Shown in pieces: positions 19,077 through 28,343 of a stretch of 64,000 nt of DNA. The stretch covers positions 10,462 to 74,461 of the forward strand of contig MFGN01000034.1 in NCBI GenBank assembly GCA_001780285.1. Direction: 5' to 3'. Position 1 is the first letter of the stretch. Every line of letters begins with the position of its first letter. This stretch comes from Candidatus Falkowbacteria bacterium RIFOXYD12_FULL_34_57 (lineage in GTDB: Bacteria; Patescibacteriota; Patescibacteriia; Patescibacteriales; UBA12075). A model generated the notes under the pieces. That model did no database searches. It saw only the letters and a list, made by a program, of their open reading frames with translations, and had not been told where the DNA came from. The translations under genes and the position numbers were made by a program.

Positions 19077-20210
19077 TTATGAGTTATGAGTTATGAGTTT
19101 ATTTATAATTTTTACCATTTCCGCACTCGCATTCTGCTTGATAATTTTACCAATATTTTCCCGAAGTTTCTGCTGTTTATGCTTATTTTCCATTAAATTT
19201 TTTATACTTTGAATAAATTTATTAGAATCAAGATATTTTTGATTCAAAACAATGGCCGCTTCATTGTCCATAAACATCCTGGCATTATCTTCCTGATGGG
19301 TGCGGGGCATCGGAATCAGGATACAAACCTTTTTCAAAAATGACAATTCGGTCAAAGCGCCCATGCCGCATCTGGATACTACAATATCCGCCGCGTTATA
19401 AGCATCCATCATCTGGGTAGTATTCAAAAACTCAAACTTGCGATAATCCTCCCTGTGCAGGTCATACTTCCACTCCAGCGGAGATTCCGCCTCTCTACCC
19501 TTTCCGGTGGCATGAAGAATCTGAAAATTTTTCGTAAGCTCTTGCAACGATGTGACCACAAGCATATTCAAAAAAACAGATCCGGTTCCCCCTCCGGTAA
19601 TAAAAATTACCGGCTTATTATCTTTTAAATTAAACTTTTTCAAACTTTCTTGGCGCGTTCTGCTTTTTTGTAAATTAATAAATTCCCTGCGGACAGGATT
19701 ACCAATCCAAACAGGCTTCTTGCAAAAATCTTCTAACGATTTTTTAAAAACGGTAGTAATCACCTTGGCGCACCTGCACATCAGCTTGTTTGCAAGCCCC
19801 GGACGCGCGTCCTGCTGATGGATGATTATTGGAATTCTCCTGGCCCGGGCCGCCCAAACAAAGGGCACGCTGACAAAACCGCCGGCGCTAATCACTAAAT
19901 CAGGGTTGCATTTTTTTATTATTAATAAAGAATCAAAAAAACCCAAAATAACAAAAAACGGATCTATAAAATTTTTCCAGGAAAAATAACGGCGAAACTT
20001 GCCGCTGTTAATGGAAAAAAAATCAATTCCTTCTCTTCTTACCATCTCCTGTTCTATGCCGTTTTTGGTGCCGACCCAATAAAAATTATAATCCCCGCCC
20101 GCAAGTTCATCAAAAATAGCAAGCAAAGGACTCACTGAACCGCCCGTCCCTCCGCCGGTTAAAATAATGTTTTTTTTATTCTTGATATTTATACTTTTTT
20201 GTGTTACCAT
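19077..20210 (-). CDS. murG: Undecaprenyl-PP-MurNAc-pentapeptide GlcNAc transferase
   Basis: TGGGTGG, GGFVSVP, HQQD, GNPVR, GGGTGS and HQEDNA motifs. Start placed at ATG 20210. Confidence 0.95.
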   Translation of the reverse strand: MVTQKSINIKNKKNIILTGGGTGGSVSPLLAIFDELAGGDYNFYWVGTKNGIEQEMVRREGIDFFSINSGKFRRYFSWKNFIDPFFVILGFFDSLLIIKKCNPDLVISAGGFVSVPFVWAARARRIPIIIHQQDARPGLANKLMCRCAKVITTVFKKSLEDFCKKPVWIGNPVRREFINLQKSRTRQESLKKFNLKDNKPVIFITGGGTGSVFLNMLVVTSLQELTKNFQILHATGKGREAESPLEWKYDLHREDYRKFEFLNTTQMMDAYNAADIVVSRCGMGALTELSFLKKVCILIPMPRTHQEDNARMFMDNEAAIVLNQKYLDSNKFIQSIKNLMENKHKQQKLRENIGKIIKQNASAEMVKIINKLITHNS

Positions 20211-20272
20211 ATATGCAATAATTATAATAATCTTTAAACTTTTGTTTAAACTTTTATTTTTAAGGGGGGTAC

Positions 20273-20446
20273 ATGCCCAAATCCAACAAGAAAAAAAATA
20301 TCGGCAATTGCCCCACAAAAAAAATTAGAAAATCTTTTTGTAAAAATAAATATTGGCAAAATAAAATTTATTTTGTATTGCATTACCCCTGCCACAACCA
20401 TTGCGACCTTTGTCCGGCATGCTTTTTTGATCAATATATAAAATAA
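20273..20446 (+). CDS. Small basic Cys-rich protein (57 aa, below ORF-track cutoff)
   Basis: MPKSNKKKNIGNCPTKKIRKSFCKNKYWQNKIYFVLHYPCHNHCDLCPACFFDQYIK, with TATAAT at 20223, AAGGGGGG before the ATG and a hairpin plus T-run near 20510-20540. Confidence 0.5.
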   Translation: MPKSNKKKNIGNCPTKKIRKSFCKNKYWQNKIYFVLHYPCHNHCDLCPACFFDQYIK

Positions 20447-20627
20447 TTTTAAATCTCATAAAAAAAGAGATAAATCATGTCCAATAAAAACTTCACCTTC
20501 CAAAACCGGCGTCCGTTGCCAAAACGGGCGTTTTTTTATTTCCACAAATCCCCCCCCTTTTCTATTCCCCCCTTCAAAGGGGGAATAGACTGGTTAAATG
20601 TTAAATATCTATTGTTAAATATTGATA

Positions 20628-21785
20628 TTATCTTCTCCCCGTTTTCTCTCCTTTTGTCTGCCGACTAATATTCACCAAAATTCCGCAGGCGGTTAGCGCC
20701 GCTAAAATTGCCGATCCGCCATAACTCACCAAGGGCAGCGGCACTCCGGTCATGGGCATGGCATTAATGATGCCGCCGATATTAATTAGGGCTTGCATCA
20801 CTATCCAGCTGGATATCCCAATGGCCAAAATACGCCCAAAATCATCAGGCGCATTTTTTGCAATTTTGTATCCGCAATAAAATAAATATAAAAATAATAT
20901 AATAAATATTACGCTCACCACAAATCCGGTTTCTTCCGCAATAATTGCAAAAATAGAGTCTCCCGACACCTCCGGTAAATACATATATTTTTGGCGGCTG
21001 GCACCCAAACCCCTGCCCAGTACTCCGCCGGAACCAACAGCAATTAAGGATTGGTTAATTTGATAACAGGCATCGGCGGCATCAAAAGATGGGTCTATCA
21101 TGCATTTAAACCTATTAAGCTGATACGGCTTGAATTGTACCATTACCCCGAAACTTAACACGCCAAAAAGCAATATTAATAAAATGTGTTTTATTTTTCC
21201 CCCGCCCACAAAATATACTATTAAAGAAGTAATAGCAATAATAGACAGGGTTCCCATGTCGGGCTGTTTAAGCATTAAAAAGGCGATCGCGCCCAAAACA
21301 ACAATAAAGGGTCCAATCCCCTTCTCTATTTCCCCCAAATCTTTTTTGCGCGCCTCAAGCCAAGCCGCCAAATACAATAAAAAGGACAATTTCACGAATT
21401 CAGACGGCTGAACCGAATAACCAAAAACATTAATCCAGCTTCGCGCCTTCCCGTAATGCGCGCTAAGCCCCGGTATAAAAACAAGGAGTAGCAAGACAAT
21501 GGAAAAAAATAAAAAACCAAAAGCATATTCTTTCCAGATATGGTAATCAATCCGTGAAAATATCGCAAAAGCGATTAAGCCCAAAGCTAAACCGAATAGT
21601 TGGTGTTTGAAATAATAGTATGGATCGCCGAATTTATCATAAGCAATTACTGATGAAGCGCTGGAAAGACTAATAAGACCAAAGGTTAAAATAGTAAAAA
21701 TAACAACAATTAACTTTTTATCAGGTTCATGAAACCCTCGATAACTATTAAGTAAATTTTTAATTTTTCTTTTAAGATTAGACAT
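20628..21785 (-). CDS. ftsW: SEDS peptidoglycan polymerase FtsW
   Basis: ARSW, QPSEFVK, QPDMG, GSGG, LPE..DSIFAIIAEE and TGVPLPLVSYGGS motifs. Confidence 0.95.
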   Translation of the reverse strand: MSNLKRKIKNLLNSYRGFHEPDKKLIVVIFTILTFGLISLSSASSVIAYDKFGDPYYYFKHQLFGLALGLIAFAIFSRIDYHIWKEYAFGFLFFSIVLLLLVFIPGLSAHYGKARSWINVFGYSVQPSEFVKLSFLLYLAAWLEARKKDLGEIEKGIGPFIVVLGAIAFLMLKQPDMGTLSIIAITSLIVYFVGGGKIKHILLILLFGVLSFGVMVQFKPYQLNRFKCMIDPSFDAADACYQINQSLIAVGSGGVLGRGLGASRQKYMYLPEVSGDSIFAIIAEETGFVVSVIFIILFLYLFYCGYKIAKNAPDDFGRILAIGISSWIVMQALINIGGIINAMPMTGVPLPLVSYGGSAILAALTACGILVNISRQTKGEKTGRR

Positions 21786-21792
21786 GAATATT

Positions 21793-21910
21793 TAGTCAAA
21801 AGTTTAGAAAGTCCATAAAGTCAAAAGCTTGGAATCGCTACGCGATATTTTATTTAATATCGCGTAGCGATTCCAGACTTTATAGACTTTCGACTTTTGA
21901 CTTTCAACTA
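21793..21910. repeat. Heptamer-arm inverted element (AAAGTNN family)
   Basis: (AAAGTNN)n arm, perfect GGAATCGCTACGCGATATT...AATATCGCGTAGCGATTCC palindrome, then (NNACTTT)n arm. Ends TAGT/ACTA, overlapping the mraY stop. Confidence 0.8.
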
Positions 21911-22960
21911 TAGTGTATGATCCAATAAAAACAATATAATGCCAATGGCGGCGGTAATTCCGGCTACAATCCAAAAGCGCATAACAATTTTTGCCTCTGG
22001 CCAGCCGCGCGCCTCAAAATGATGGTGAATCGGCGCTGATAAAAATACTTTTTTGCCGCCGCGAAACCTCTTTGATAAAAGCTGAATAATAACAGATGCT
22101 GCTTCTAATACGAACAAGAATCCGATAATTGGCAAAAGCAGAGCATAATTAGTGAGCATAGCAATAATTCCAAGTGTTACACCAAGACTCATCGCGCCGG
22201 TATCACCCATATAGAAACGGGCGGGTATAACATTGAACCATAGAAATGCAATTAGAGCGCCGATAATCACTCCGCAAAACACAGCCAAATCATATCTGCC
22301 CATCATAAAAGCTATAACCCCGTAAGCTCCGTAAGAAACCAGCAATGTTCCACCGGCCAGACCGTCAAGGCCGTCAATCTCATTTACGGAAAAAGCGGTT
22401 CCCACAATCACAAGAATAAAAAACGGAATATACCACCACCCTATTTCAAAATTTCCCAAAAATGGAATGTGCAGAACCGTCCAATCCAGTTTGAAGTAAA
22501 ACCAAAACGCACCAACACCCGCAATAACCGTATAAATAAGTATGCGATGAATCATATTGAGTCCGCCGCCGCCAAACACACCCTTTTTTCGGACATCAAG
22601 CCAATCATCAAGTAATCCCACCAGGGCTGTCGCCACCAATGCCCCAAGTGGCAAGAGAGTTTGGCTTCGAGATAAAAAATTTAAATTTTTAAATATATCT
22701 ATTGGAAAAAATTTTGCTAAATAAAAAAAGAATGCTGCGAACATGAGAACCGTACCCCAAACAAGCACTCCGCCCATAGTAGGCGTGCCGGTCTTGTGCA
22801 AATGCATCTTAGAAAAAAGGGGCGTGGTTCCGCTATTTCTAATGTTTTTACCTAATTTATATTTATATAAAAAATGAGTAAGCAGGGGCGTCCAGGAAAA
22901 TGTAAACAAAAAAGCGAATGTCGCAAAAAAGAGGACTTTTATAACATAAAAATCTTGCAT
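21908..22960 (-). CDS. mraY: Phospho-MurNAc-pentapeptide transferase
   Basis: KTGTPTMGG, DD, DGLDGL, MGDTG and APIHHHFE motifs. Confidence 0.97.
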   Translation of the reverse strand: MQDFYVIKVLFFATFAFLFTFSWTPLLTHFLYKYKLGKNIRNSGTTPLFSKMHLHKTGTPTMGGVLVWGTVLMFAAFFFYLAKFFPIDIFKNLNFLSRSQTLLPLGALVATALVGLLDDWLDVRKKGVFGGGGLNMIHRILIYTVIAGVGAFWFYFKLDWTVLHIPFLGNFEIGWWYIPFFILVIVGTAFSVNEIDGLDGLAGGTLLVSYGAYGVIAFMMGRYDLAVFCGVIIGALIAFLWFNVIPARFYMGDTGAMSLGVTLGIIAMLTNYALLLPIIGFLFVLEAASVIIQLLSKRFRGGKKVFLSAPIHHHFEARGWPEAKIVMRFWIVAGITAAIGIILFLLDHTL

Positions 22961-22969
22961 AAAAATTTA

Positions 22970-23077
22970 TAGTCGAAAATCAAAAGTTGAAAGTCGAAAG
23001 TTTGGCACTATACCTACTATGGGAGGGGCTCCAGAATTTTAACTTTATAGACTTTACAAACTTTTGACCATAGTCTA
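22970..23077. repeat. Heptamer-arm inverted element (AAAGTNN family)
   Basis: TAGTCGAAAATCAAAAGTTGAAAGTCGAAAGT ... ACTTTATAGACTTTACAAACTTTTGAC. Confidence 0.7.
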
Positions 23078-23503
23078 TCTAAAGTTAATTAAATAAACAG
23101 AAACAATTGATATCAATAAAATAAGGTTGCAAACCAAGCTTGTGGTAAACAAAATATAAGATATAAATTTTCTGTCTTTGTATATAATAATATTGAAATA
23201 TAATAAAAAATTTATTAAAATAATAAAAAAACCCAACAAGGGAATAATGTATATTTTATCTATATCTCCATAAAAATCAATTCCAGAATCAACGCTATAA
23301 TGAAGAGCAATCTGCTGAGATCCAATTTCTCCGTGAATATACCTTGCCGCCATCCAAGTTAAAAAATTTAAAACAATCAAAATGCCCACATAAATCTTTA
23401 CATGCAAATCAAGGAATATTTTAAAAAAATACTTTTTAAATTCAGGCCACTTTATATATAAATTATCAATAAAATCAGACCATATTTTCATATAAAAAAT
23501 CAA
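23075..23503 (-). CDS. Membrane protein (DUF1648-like)
   Basis: Three TM helices and an IALHYSVDSGIDFYG motif; start may be 23491. Confidence 0.7.
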   Translation of the reverse strand: MIFYMKIWSDFIDNLYIKWPEFKKYFFKIFLDLHVKIYVGILIVLNFLTWMAARYIHGEIGSQQIALHYSVDSGIDFYGDIDKIYIIPLLGFFIILINFLLYFNIIIYKDRKFISYILFTTSLVCNLILLISIVSVYLINFR

Positions 23504-23627
23504 ATTATTACTTTAGTATATTAACATAAATATCCAAAAAATAAAACTTGACAAAATTATAAAAAGATGTTATCATTTTAATGCATTCTTTAAAAAATAA
23601 ATTTTTAACACTAACAGGAGACTTAAA

Positions 23628-23894
23628 TTGAAAAAATTTAAAAAATTTTTAGAAACAATATTTGATTTCGGGATGTACCTAAATGTCCTTATCATACTTC
23701 CCCAACCAATAACCATTATCGCAAACCAAAACGCAAACAATGTCTCCATCTGGATGTGGCTTGCATGCTTCATCTTTCAAGCATTTATAAGCTTACATGG
23801 CAAAATCAATCTCAAATCCAAATCCATGTTTATTGGCATGGGAATCAGTGCTATTTTTTCGCTGTTAACAATGATACTGTGTCTTGTATATTAA
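23628..23894 (+). CDS. SemiSWEET/PQ-loop small transporter
   Basis: 88 aa, about 3 TM, LPQ....ANQNANNVS..MW. GGAG SD, TTGACA-17-TATCAT promoter at 23548-23576, downstream hairpin. Confidence 0.7.
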   Translation: MKKFKKFLETIFDFGMYLNVLIILPQPITIIANQNANNVSIWMWLACFIFQAFISLHGKINLKSKSMFIGMGISAIFSLLTMILCLVY

Positions 23895-24017
23895 TTATTT
23901 ATCTCCTTAAAAAATTCACCCCAACTTGCGCAATGCAAGGCGGGGTGTTTTTATTTACTATTGAAAAATTTTCAAAATGTTATATGATATTATTATACGA
24001 AGTATAATAATATCCAA

Positions 24018-24128
24018 TCAAAAGTTAAAAGTTCTTAAAGTTAAAAGCCTGGAATCGCTTCGCGATATATTAAATGCCACGAAGTGGCATCAATGACTTT
24101 CAACTTTCGACTTTTAACTTTAAACTAG
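24018..24128. repeat. Heptamer-arm inverted element (AAAGTNN family)
   Basis: AAAAGTTAAAAGTT... GGAATCGCTTCGCGAT ... ATGCCACGAAGTGGCAT ... ACTTTCAACTTTCGACTTTTAACTTTAAACTAG. Confidence 0.75.
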
Positions 24129-24146
24129 TCATTGCTTCACAATGAC

Positions 24147-24219
24147 GCCCCTTTAGCTCAATTGGTAGAGCAACGGTATCGTAAACCGTAGGTTGTCAGT
24201 TCAATTCTGATGAGGGGCT
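24147..24219 (+). tRNA. tRNA-Thr(CGT)
   Basis: Cloverleaf: GCCCCTT/GAGGGGC acceptor, GCTC/GAGC D-stem, ACGGT-ATCGTAA-ACCGT anticodon arm, GTTCAATT T-loop. Confidence 0.93.
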
Positions 24220-24392
24220 CACAAAAACCTAAAACTAATAACTAAGCTAAAAGCACATGAAAAAGTTATTAGTTTTTTATTTACTAATATTAAAAAATTT
24301 AATCGCTTTTGTCTTGACAAAATCATAAAAATATGATATATTTCAAATAATTCTTAAAAATAACAATTTAATAAAATCCCGGAGGCTTTAAA

Positions 24393-25025
24393 ATGATTAA
24401 TATACTGTGTATTATTGGTATATTTACCGCCACATTCTTTGGTGGATTATCCTTGATTCTCGTTTCCCTTCTTAAAAATGAGAAGGATAGATGTAAAAAA
24501 CTCAAAAGAGAAAACAGAGAACTTGAAAAGCTCTCTATTACCGATCCTCTAACCGGCGCTTTTACCAGACGCCTCTTGGAAACTATTTTCCCATCAGAAT
24601 TAAGCCGGGCAAAAAGAACCGGAATGCCGCTTGTACCGCTTATGGTGGACATAGATCGTTTCAAAACAATTAATGACACCTATGGGCATCAGGCCGGTGA
24701 CAAGGTCCTGCGGGAACTTGTAAAAAGAATAAAATCTATTTTAAGAGAACCGGACAAAATCTGCCGCTATGGCGGAGAAGAGTTTCTAATAATCCTGCCG
24801 GATTGTCTCTCGGGAAAAATCGTAGCGGAAAGAATCCGCCAAAAAATTGAAAAAGAATACTTTGATATCGGTAAAGAAAAAATACCAGTAACAATAAGTG
24901 TCGGATACACAACATTTAACACAAGGGAAGATAAAAGAAATATAGAAGAAATAATAGAGGATGCGGACAACGCCCTCTATAAAGCGAAACATACGGGCAG
25001 AAACAAAGTTGTCTGCTTAGACTAA
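24393..25025 (+). CDS. Membrane-anchored diguanylate cyclase (GGDEF)
   Basis: DPLTG, DIDRFKTINDTYGHQAGD, RxxD I-site (REPD), GGEEF, ADNALYKAK..GRN. GGAGG SD and promoter at 24314-24342. Confidence 0.95.
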   Translation: MINILCIIGIFTATFFGGLSLILVSLLKNEKDRCKKLKRENRELEKLSITDPLTGAFTRRLLETIFPSELSRAKRTGMPLVPLMVDIDRFKTINDTYGHQAGDKVLRELVKRIKSILREPDKICRYGGEEFLIILPDCLSGKIVAERIRQKIEKEYFDIGKEKIPVTISVGYTTFNTREDKRNIEEIIEDADNALYKAKHTGRNKVVCLD

Positions 25026-25029
25026 AACT

Positions 25030-25060
25030 ACCCCCGGTCAACAAACCGGGGGATTTTTTT
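25030..25060 (+). terminator. Intrinsic terminator
   Basis: CCCCCGGT-loop-ACCGGGGG followed by a T-run. Confidence 0.8.
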
Positions 25061-25127
25061 ATAAAAAAACACACCCCAAATGATGCATCAAAGTCACAAG
25101 CTGAACTTGTGAATTATAAATTAAAAA

Positions 25128-26552
25128 TTATTTTTTATAAACCTTTATCCCCCCTTTTCCATCCTCCACCGCATATCCTCGTTTTTCTATTTCATCTCGA
25201 ATTCTATCCGACTCTGCCCAGTTTTTATCTTGACGTGCTTTATTGCGGTGCACAATCATTATTTTTATATCTTCCGGCAATGCTATTCCCTTGGCCTGCT
25301 CTACCATATCTTCTAATCTTAATCCCAATACCCGATCAAAATCCAAAACAGTAGCTATTTTTTCTTCATTCTTTAATTTTGATTTTAATAAATTCTGCAC
25401 TACCGCCAAAGACTGAGGCATATTCAAATCGTCATTAATTGCTTCTATAAATTTATCTTTATATTTTTGATCAATCTTTCCTTTTGTGCCGTCAATATTT
25501 ACTACCTGGCTGACAAGATGCCGAAATCCTTCTCTGGTATTTAAAATACTCTCCTCGTCATATTCCATCGGCTTGCGATAATGGGTTTGTAAACAAGCAA
25601 AACGATAGACCAATGGATCAATATCTCTTTTTAAAAAAGCATTTTCCAAGGTCAAAAAATTCTCATCGCTTTTAGCCATTTTCTTGCCGCCGGCAATATT
25701 TAAAAATTCTCCATGTATCCAATAATTAAAAAATTTTTTGCCGGTAGCGGCTTCTGACTGCGCTATTTCATTGGTATGATGCACATTGATATGATCTATC
25801 CCTCCGCAATGAATATCCAGTTTTTCGCCAAGCTCCGCCATGCTCATCGCCGAACACTCCAGGTGCCACCCGGGAAAACCAACCCCCCAAGGACTTCTCC
25901 ACTCCATTTGGCGCCGCGCAAAATCCTGACTGGAATCAAAGGGGCGCCCATCCCGATAAGAAAATTTCCAAAGCGCAAAATCCGTAAAATTCTTCTTTTC
26001 TTCATTCTTTTCCACCCGAGCTCCTTCCTGCAACTCTTCCAACCTCAAGTGACTGAGCTTGTTATAATCTTTAAATTTCGCAGTATCAAAATAAATACCA
26101 TCACTGGTTTTGTATATATAGCTTTTTTCTTCTAGGGTTTCTATAAGTGTTATTTGTTCCTTAATATAATCTGTTGCCTTGGTGTATTTGTTTGGTGGCA
26201 ATATATTTAAATTTCCCAAATCTTTTTGAAACGCTTTGGTATAAAATTCCGCTATCTCCCAAGCAGTCTTTCCTTCTCTCCTAGCCCCTTTCTCAAATTT
26301 ATCTTCACCCATATCCATATCTCCCACTAAATGTCCCACATCAGTAATGTTCATGATATGTTTAACGGAATATCCATTATAAAACAAAACTCTCTTTAAT
26401 ATATCTGTAAAAATATAAGTGCGAAGATTGCCGATATGCGCATAATCATAAACTGTCGGCCCACAAGTATATAGCCCGATTTCTTTTTTATCAATTGGCT
26501 TAAATTCTTCTTTTTCTCGAGTAAGCGTGTTGTATAAAAATATTTTATTCAT
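25128..26552 (-). CDS. cysS: Cysteine--tRNA ligase
   Basis: CGPTVY, HIGN, DFALWK, PGWHLECS, HHTNEIAQ and KMAKS motifs. Confidence 0.97.
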   Translation of the reverse strand: MNKIFLYNTLTREKEEFKPIDKKEIGLYTCGPTVYDYAHIGNLRTYIFTDILKRVLFYNGYSVKHIMNITDVGHLVGDMDMGEDKFEKGARREGKTAWEIAEFYTKAFQKDLGNLNILPPNKYTKATDYIKEQITLIETLEEKSYIYKTSDGIYFDTAKFKDYNKLSHLRLEELQEGARVEKNEEKKNFTDFALWKFSYRDGRPFDSSQDFARRQMEWRSPWGVGFPGWHLECSAMSMAELGEKLDIHCGGIDHINVHHTNEIAQSEAATGKKFFNYWIHGEFLNIAGGKKMAKSDENFLTLENAFLKRDIDPLVYRFACLQTHYRKPMEYDEESILNTREGFRHLVSQVVNIDGTKGKIDQKYKDKFIEAINDDLNMPQSLAVVQNLLKSKLKNEEKIATVLDFDRVLGLRLEDMVEQAKGIALPEDIKIMIVHRNKARQDKNWAESDRIRDEIEKRGYAVEDGKGGIKVYKK

Positions 26553-26648
26553 ATAAATCTGTTACTTGTTACCTGAATTAATTGTACAAAAATATCCCGC
26601 TTTTAGCAAATTTAAAAAGCTGTCATTGTAACAGCTTTCTTTTTTGAT

Positions 26649-26927
26649 TTAAAGAGAGATATTTTTTAATTCGGATTGAAGATTAATCCTATATTCTTTC
26701 TCTTTTTTTTCTTGTATTTCAAGATATTGAACCAGTTTTTGAAAACACTCAATTAAATTTTTCTGATTTTCAACAACCAACTCTTTTTCTTTTTCATTTT
26801 TTTCTTTCTTCAATCTCCACTCTGGCAACCCAGTATTCACTTCTGCCATTTCTTTTTGGATTTCTTTTTTACTTTTTCTTCTTATTTTGGTGTTTGGTTT
26901 TATCCGCAGTGCTATTTTTACGGCCAT
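26649..26927 (-). CDS. Small basic hypothetical protein
   Basis: GGAGG SD before ATG 26927; TTGACA promoter near 27040. Confidence 0.55.
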   Translation of the reverse strand: MAVKIALRIKPNTKIRRKSKKEIQKEMAEVNTGLPEWRLKKEKNEKEKELVVENQKNLIECFQKLVQYLEIQEKKEKEYRINLQSELKNISL

Positions 26928-27098
26928 GATTCGACCTCCGAGATGTACCACTTCAAATTATAGGTTAATATTATGATATATTTTAAAAATTCCCTAAAAA
27001 GAATTATGTTATATTTATATCACACTTTATAACTTTTGTCAAGCGCAAACAAAAAACAAGGGGTAATTACTACCCCTTGCGTTTTATTTGTATTATTG

Positions 27099-28343
27099 TT
27101 ATTTCTTTAGCCAACCATCAATGATCGGCTCCTCAATTTTTATTTCCTTTACTGTCGTTTCAATTGTTTCCGGTTTTTTTATCTCTTGTTTCAGAGAAAC
27201 CTTTAACGGATCCTTTGTCTCAGGAATCACTTCAGTCTCTTGTTTAAACGGGGTTTTTCCCGCCAAACTCATTTTTCCCATATCTCGGTAAAAGGCGTTC
27301 ATATCATACATTTTTATATCACCGTTTCCGCCCGAATTTTCAGGCATCACGAAAAATTTTGCACCACTCTTTTCCCAAGCATCCAAAACCTCCAATTCAG
27401 TAACAACAGCACCGTTTTCTCCGCTTAGAGCTAATGCACGACCGGCATCCAGGGCGACAATAGCTTCTGTTTCCGCCTTGATTGCCAAAGCTTGATTAAG
27501 AAGCTCAACATATTTTGCGTTTCCCTTGTAAACTCTTTCCTGTTTTATACCCTTAGCTCTTTCTATCTGTTCACTAGCCTCACCTCTGGCAACCTGAAAT
27601 TCTGTTTTCCAGTGAGATTCCTGGGTTTTAATCTGGTTAGCAATCCCCAGGGTAGTTTCGTCGGCTTTTTTGGTTTGATCAATAACATCTTGGAACACTT
27701 GCCTGAAAATATGGTTTTGAAGTTTAATACTTGTAATATTTATGCCGAATTCTCTTAAAATCAGGTCGGCAAGCTCCACGGCCTTATCGGCCTGCGCTGA
27801 TCTCTTGTCGCTATCCGGAACTTCTTTAAAATCCAATTTCGAAAATGCAGAAAATATTTTACTGCGAGACCAGTGTTTTACAGCAAGTTTTAAACCATTA
27901 TTTTTTATTTGCTCAGGACCCATATACTCAAGCGCCTTAACAATTCCCTGCGGGGTTAAACGCCAAGTAAGGGTAGGGGCTATTAAAAAACGATTACCAT
28001 GAATGTCACGACAATCTACAGCATCATTTTCATCTTTATAATCGCCCTCGCCGCGGATGGTAAACGATAAAATCTCATCAGTAATACTAATTTTTTCCAG
28101 AGTGCTCCAATATCGATTATATATAACCATCATACCAGGATCTTGTAATTCGCCGAAGCCTCCACCAAATTTTTTCCACTTAACTCTTTTGCTCTCAAAA
28201 GAAAAATACGGAATATTAATTTGTGCGAGATATGAAACGGTTACCCCCCATTCAGTATCCTTGAGGGTTTCCGTCTTAATCCCGGTAAGTGGCACTATTA
28301 TCAAAATCAACAAAATTGTCAAACCCAGTTTAGTCTTGTTCAT
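27099..28343 (-). CDS. SPFH/band-7-like membrane protein
   Basis: N-terminal TM, band-7-like core and Ala/Glu-rich coiled-coil tail; GGAGG SD. Confidence 0.65.
   Translation of the reverse strand: MNKTKLGLTILLILIIVPLTGIKTETLKDTEWGVTVSYLAQINIPYFSFESKRVKWKKFGGGFGELQDPGMMVIYNRYWSTLEKISITDEILSFTIRGEGDYKDENDAVDCRDIHGNRFLIAPTLTWRLTPQGIVKALEYMGPEQIKNNGLKLAVKHWSRSKIFSAFSKLDFKEVPDSDKRSAQADKAVELADLILREFGINITSIKLQNHIFRQVFQDVIDQTKKADETTLGIANQIKTQESHWKTEFQVARGEASEQIERAKGIKQERVYKGNAKYVELLNQALAIKAETEAIVALDAGRALALSGENGAVVTELEVLDAWEKSGAKFFVMPENSGGNGDIKMYDMNAFYRDMGKMSLAGKTPFKQETEVIPETKDPLKVSLKQEIKKPETIETTVKEIKIEEPIIDGWLKK

Noticed and set aside
20477..20668. 63-aa ORF (and minus ORF 20246-20434)
   Set aside because: The first runs through terminator and palindrome hairpins into ftsW; the second is antisense to the better-supported Cys-rich ORF.
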